Origin: Phallusia mammillata | Lineage: Eukaryota | Direction of reading: 5' to 3' | Length of the DNA stretch: 64,000 bases | NCBI GenBank assembly: GCA_965637545.1 | Contig: OZ281500.1 | Location: 620,001 to 684,000, forward strand | Shown here: positions 62,966 to 64,000 of the stretch, piece by piece | How positions within the stretch are numbered: position 1 is the stretch's first letter | How the letters are laid out: the number at the start of each line of letters is the position of its first letter | Translations under genes and position numbers: made by a program | Notes under the pieces: model-generated | Told to the model about the DNA's origin: nothing | Databases searched by the model: none | Seen by the model: the letters and a program-made list of their open reading frames with translations, nothing else

Positions 62966-63614
62966 CAATTTACGCGGTGTCAACCACCTTTACCATTTTA
63001 GCACATTTGTTTATTGTTTTCAAATCGGTTGCTTGCAAAAAAAATTTGCCTTCGTGAAAAAATGGTCTCAAGGCATTCAGTAAAACTTTGTCTTAATTAA
63101 TTTTGTTACAAACGCTTCAGTAAAAACCTCTGCAACTATACAGCGCTTGTTTGCGTGGTTTTGTGGTTTTGCTTTGTGCCATACAATATACAAATTTGAG
63201 AAAATCTTATCGGATATATGATAATACTATTCATTTAAGTTAGGTTTGCCACATAATATTGTGCTATGTTGCAAATTGGACTGATTTTGTCAAAGACAGT
63301 TTTCCAAGCATTTACACATGAGGTGTGTCGTGAGGTTGGTCGAACTTGACTTGGATTGAGTTTATTTCGCGTGGTTAAATAAACAAGAAGGACTTGCATT
63401 GAATCAATATTTAAGTTGCAGCAAAGTGCGTTGATCATTATTTGGGTGAGAAAGCAGCACGAAAGATAAATAATTTACAATCGATAATTTGCTTTTGTTT
63501 TTTTAAGGTTAAATTTTCTGAGGACTATTGGTGACATTTTCTTTTTCCATTTGAAATAAGTTTGAATTTTGCAAAATCAATTTGTACAACAACGAAGCAC
63601 ACGCAGTAAAACTA

Positions 63615-64000
63615 TTATTTGTTGGAAATTGCGTCGAATTTACGCATGACTGATTTCAGGAACGTGTCCGTGTTTGCATTGATGCGGAACGACGAGAGTG
63701 GGTGATCCCCCGTATCTGAAACCGAGGTCGATTCCTCCTCATAACCATCAAGTCGACACACTGTTCGGTTAAACTCGAAACCGAAGCTGCTACTTCGGCT
63801 CGAATTAAGAGTCGATTCCGATTCTCTTCTTGACATTTTTCTCCACCCGTTGTTTATGTACGGCGTTGTAGATGTTCGACGTTTGGTGCATAAACCCGTG
63901 AAAAGCTGAATACTGGGTCTTATGACAGGCAAACGTGTGACTCTGTCCCCTAAAGTCGACATTAGCTTTCTCAGTGACGCACGGAAGGTCTCGTTGCGTG
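63615..64000 (-). CDS. GPCR-9: C-terminal fragment (helix 8 and tail); rest outside window
   Basis: The frame reads RNETFRASLRKLM..., matching the RN(K/L)(D/E)FR helix 8 of the paralogues, and ends SSFRINANTDTFLKSVMRKFDAISNK*, the same distal motif as GPCR-2/3/4. Confidence 0.75.
   Translation of the reverse strand, partial: RNETFRASLRKLMSTLGDRVTRLPVIRPSIQLFTGLCTKRRTSTTPYINNGWRKMSRRESESTLNSSRSSSFGFEFNRTVCRLDGYEEESTSVSDTGDHPLSSFRINANTDTFLKSVMRKFDAISNK

Overview
Eukaryotic, AT-rich, intron-containing animal DNA with compact genes. An invertebrate chordate such as an ascidian fits the gene density and intron sizes, but this is inference. No prokaryotic features, rRNA, tRNA or CRISPR were found. 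The first ~27 kb holds single-copy genes rebuilt exon by exon with consistent splice phases: TRAM1 (-), an unidentified 8-exon gene (-), a membrane-anchored thioredoxin-domain gene (+), a TGN38/TGN46-like type I membrane protein with ~49 acidic 14-aa repeats (+), EIF2B4 (-) and an orphan histone H2B (-). From 28.8 kb to the window end lies a tandem cluster of at least nine paralogous receptor genes: 7 intact, 1 pseudogene and 1 cut by the window edge. The ORF track splits each into two unrelated-looking ORFs. Splicing joins them: a signal peptide plus a ~190-230-aa ectodomain with a rigidly spaced 12-cysteine pattern I cannot assign to a known family, then a conserved phase-2 intron, then a single-exon rhodopsin-type 7TM. 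The 7TM lacks the usual TM3 cysteine, the TM6 CWxP tryptophan and the NPxxY proline. The cluster shows birth-and-death evolution, patchy sequence homogenisation between paralogues that spares ligand-facing segments, and a conserved distal C-terminal motif in a subset of members. Many hAT-type MITEs with exact 8-bp target duplications are present, including a triple nest.
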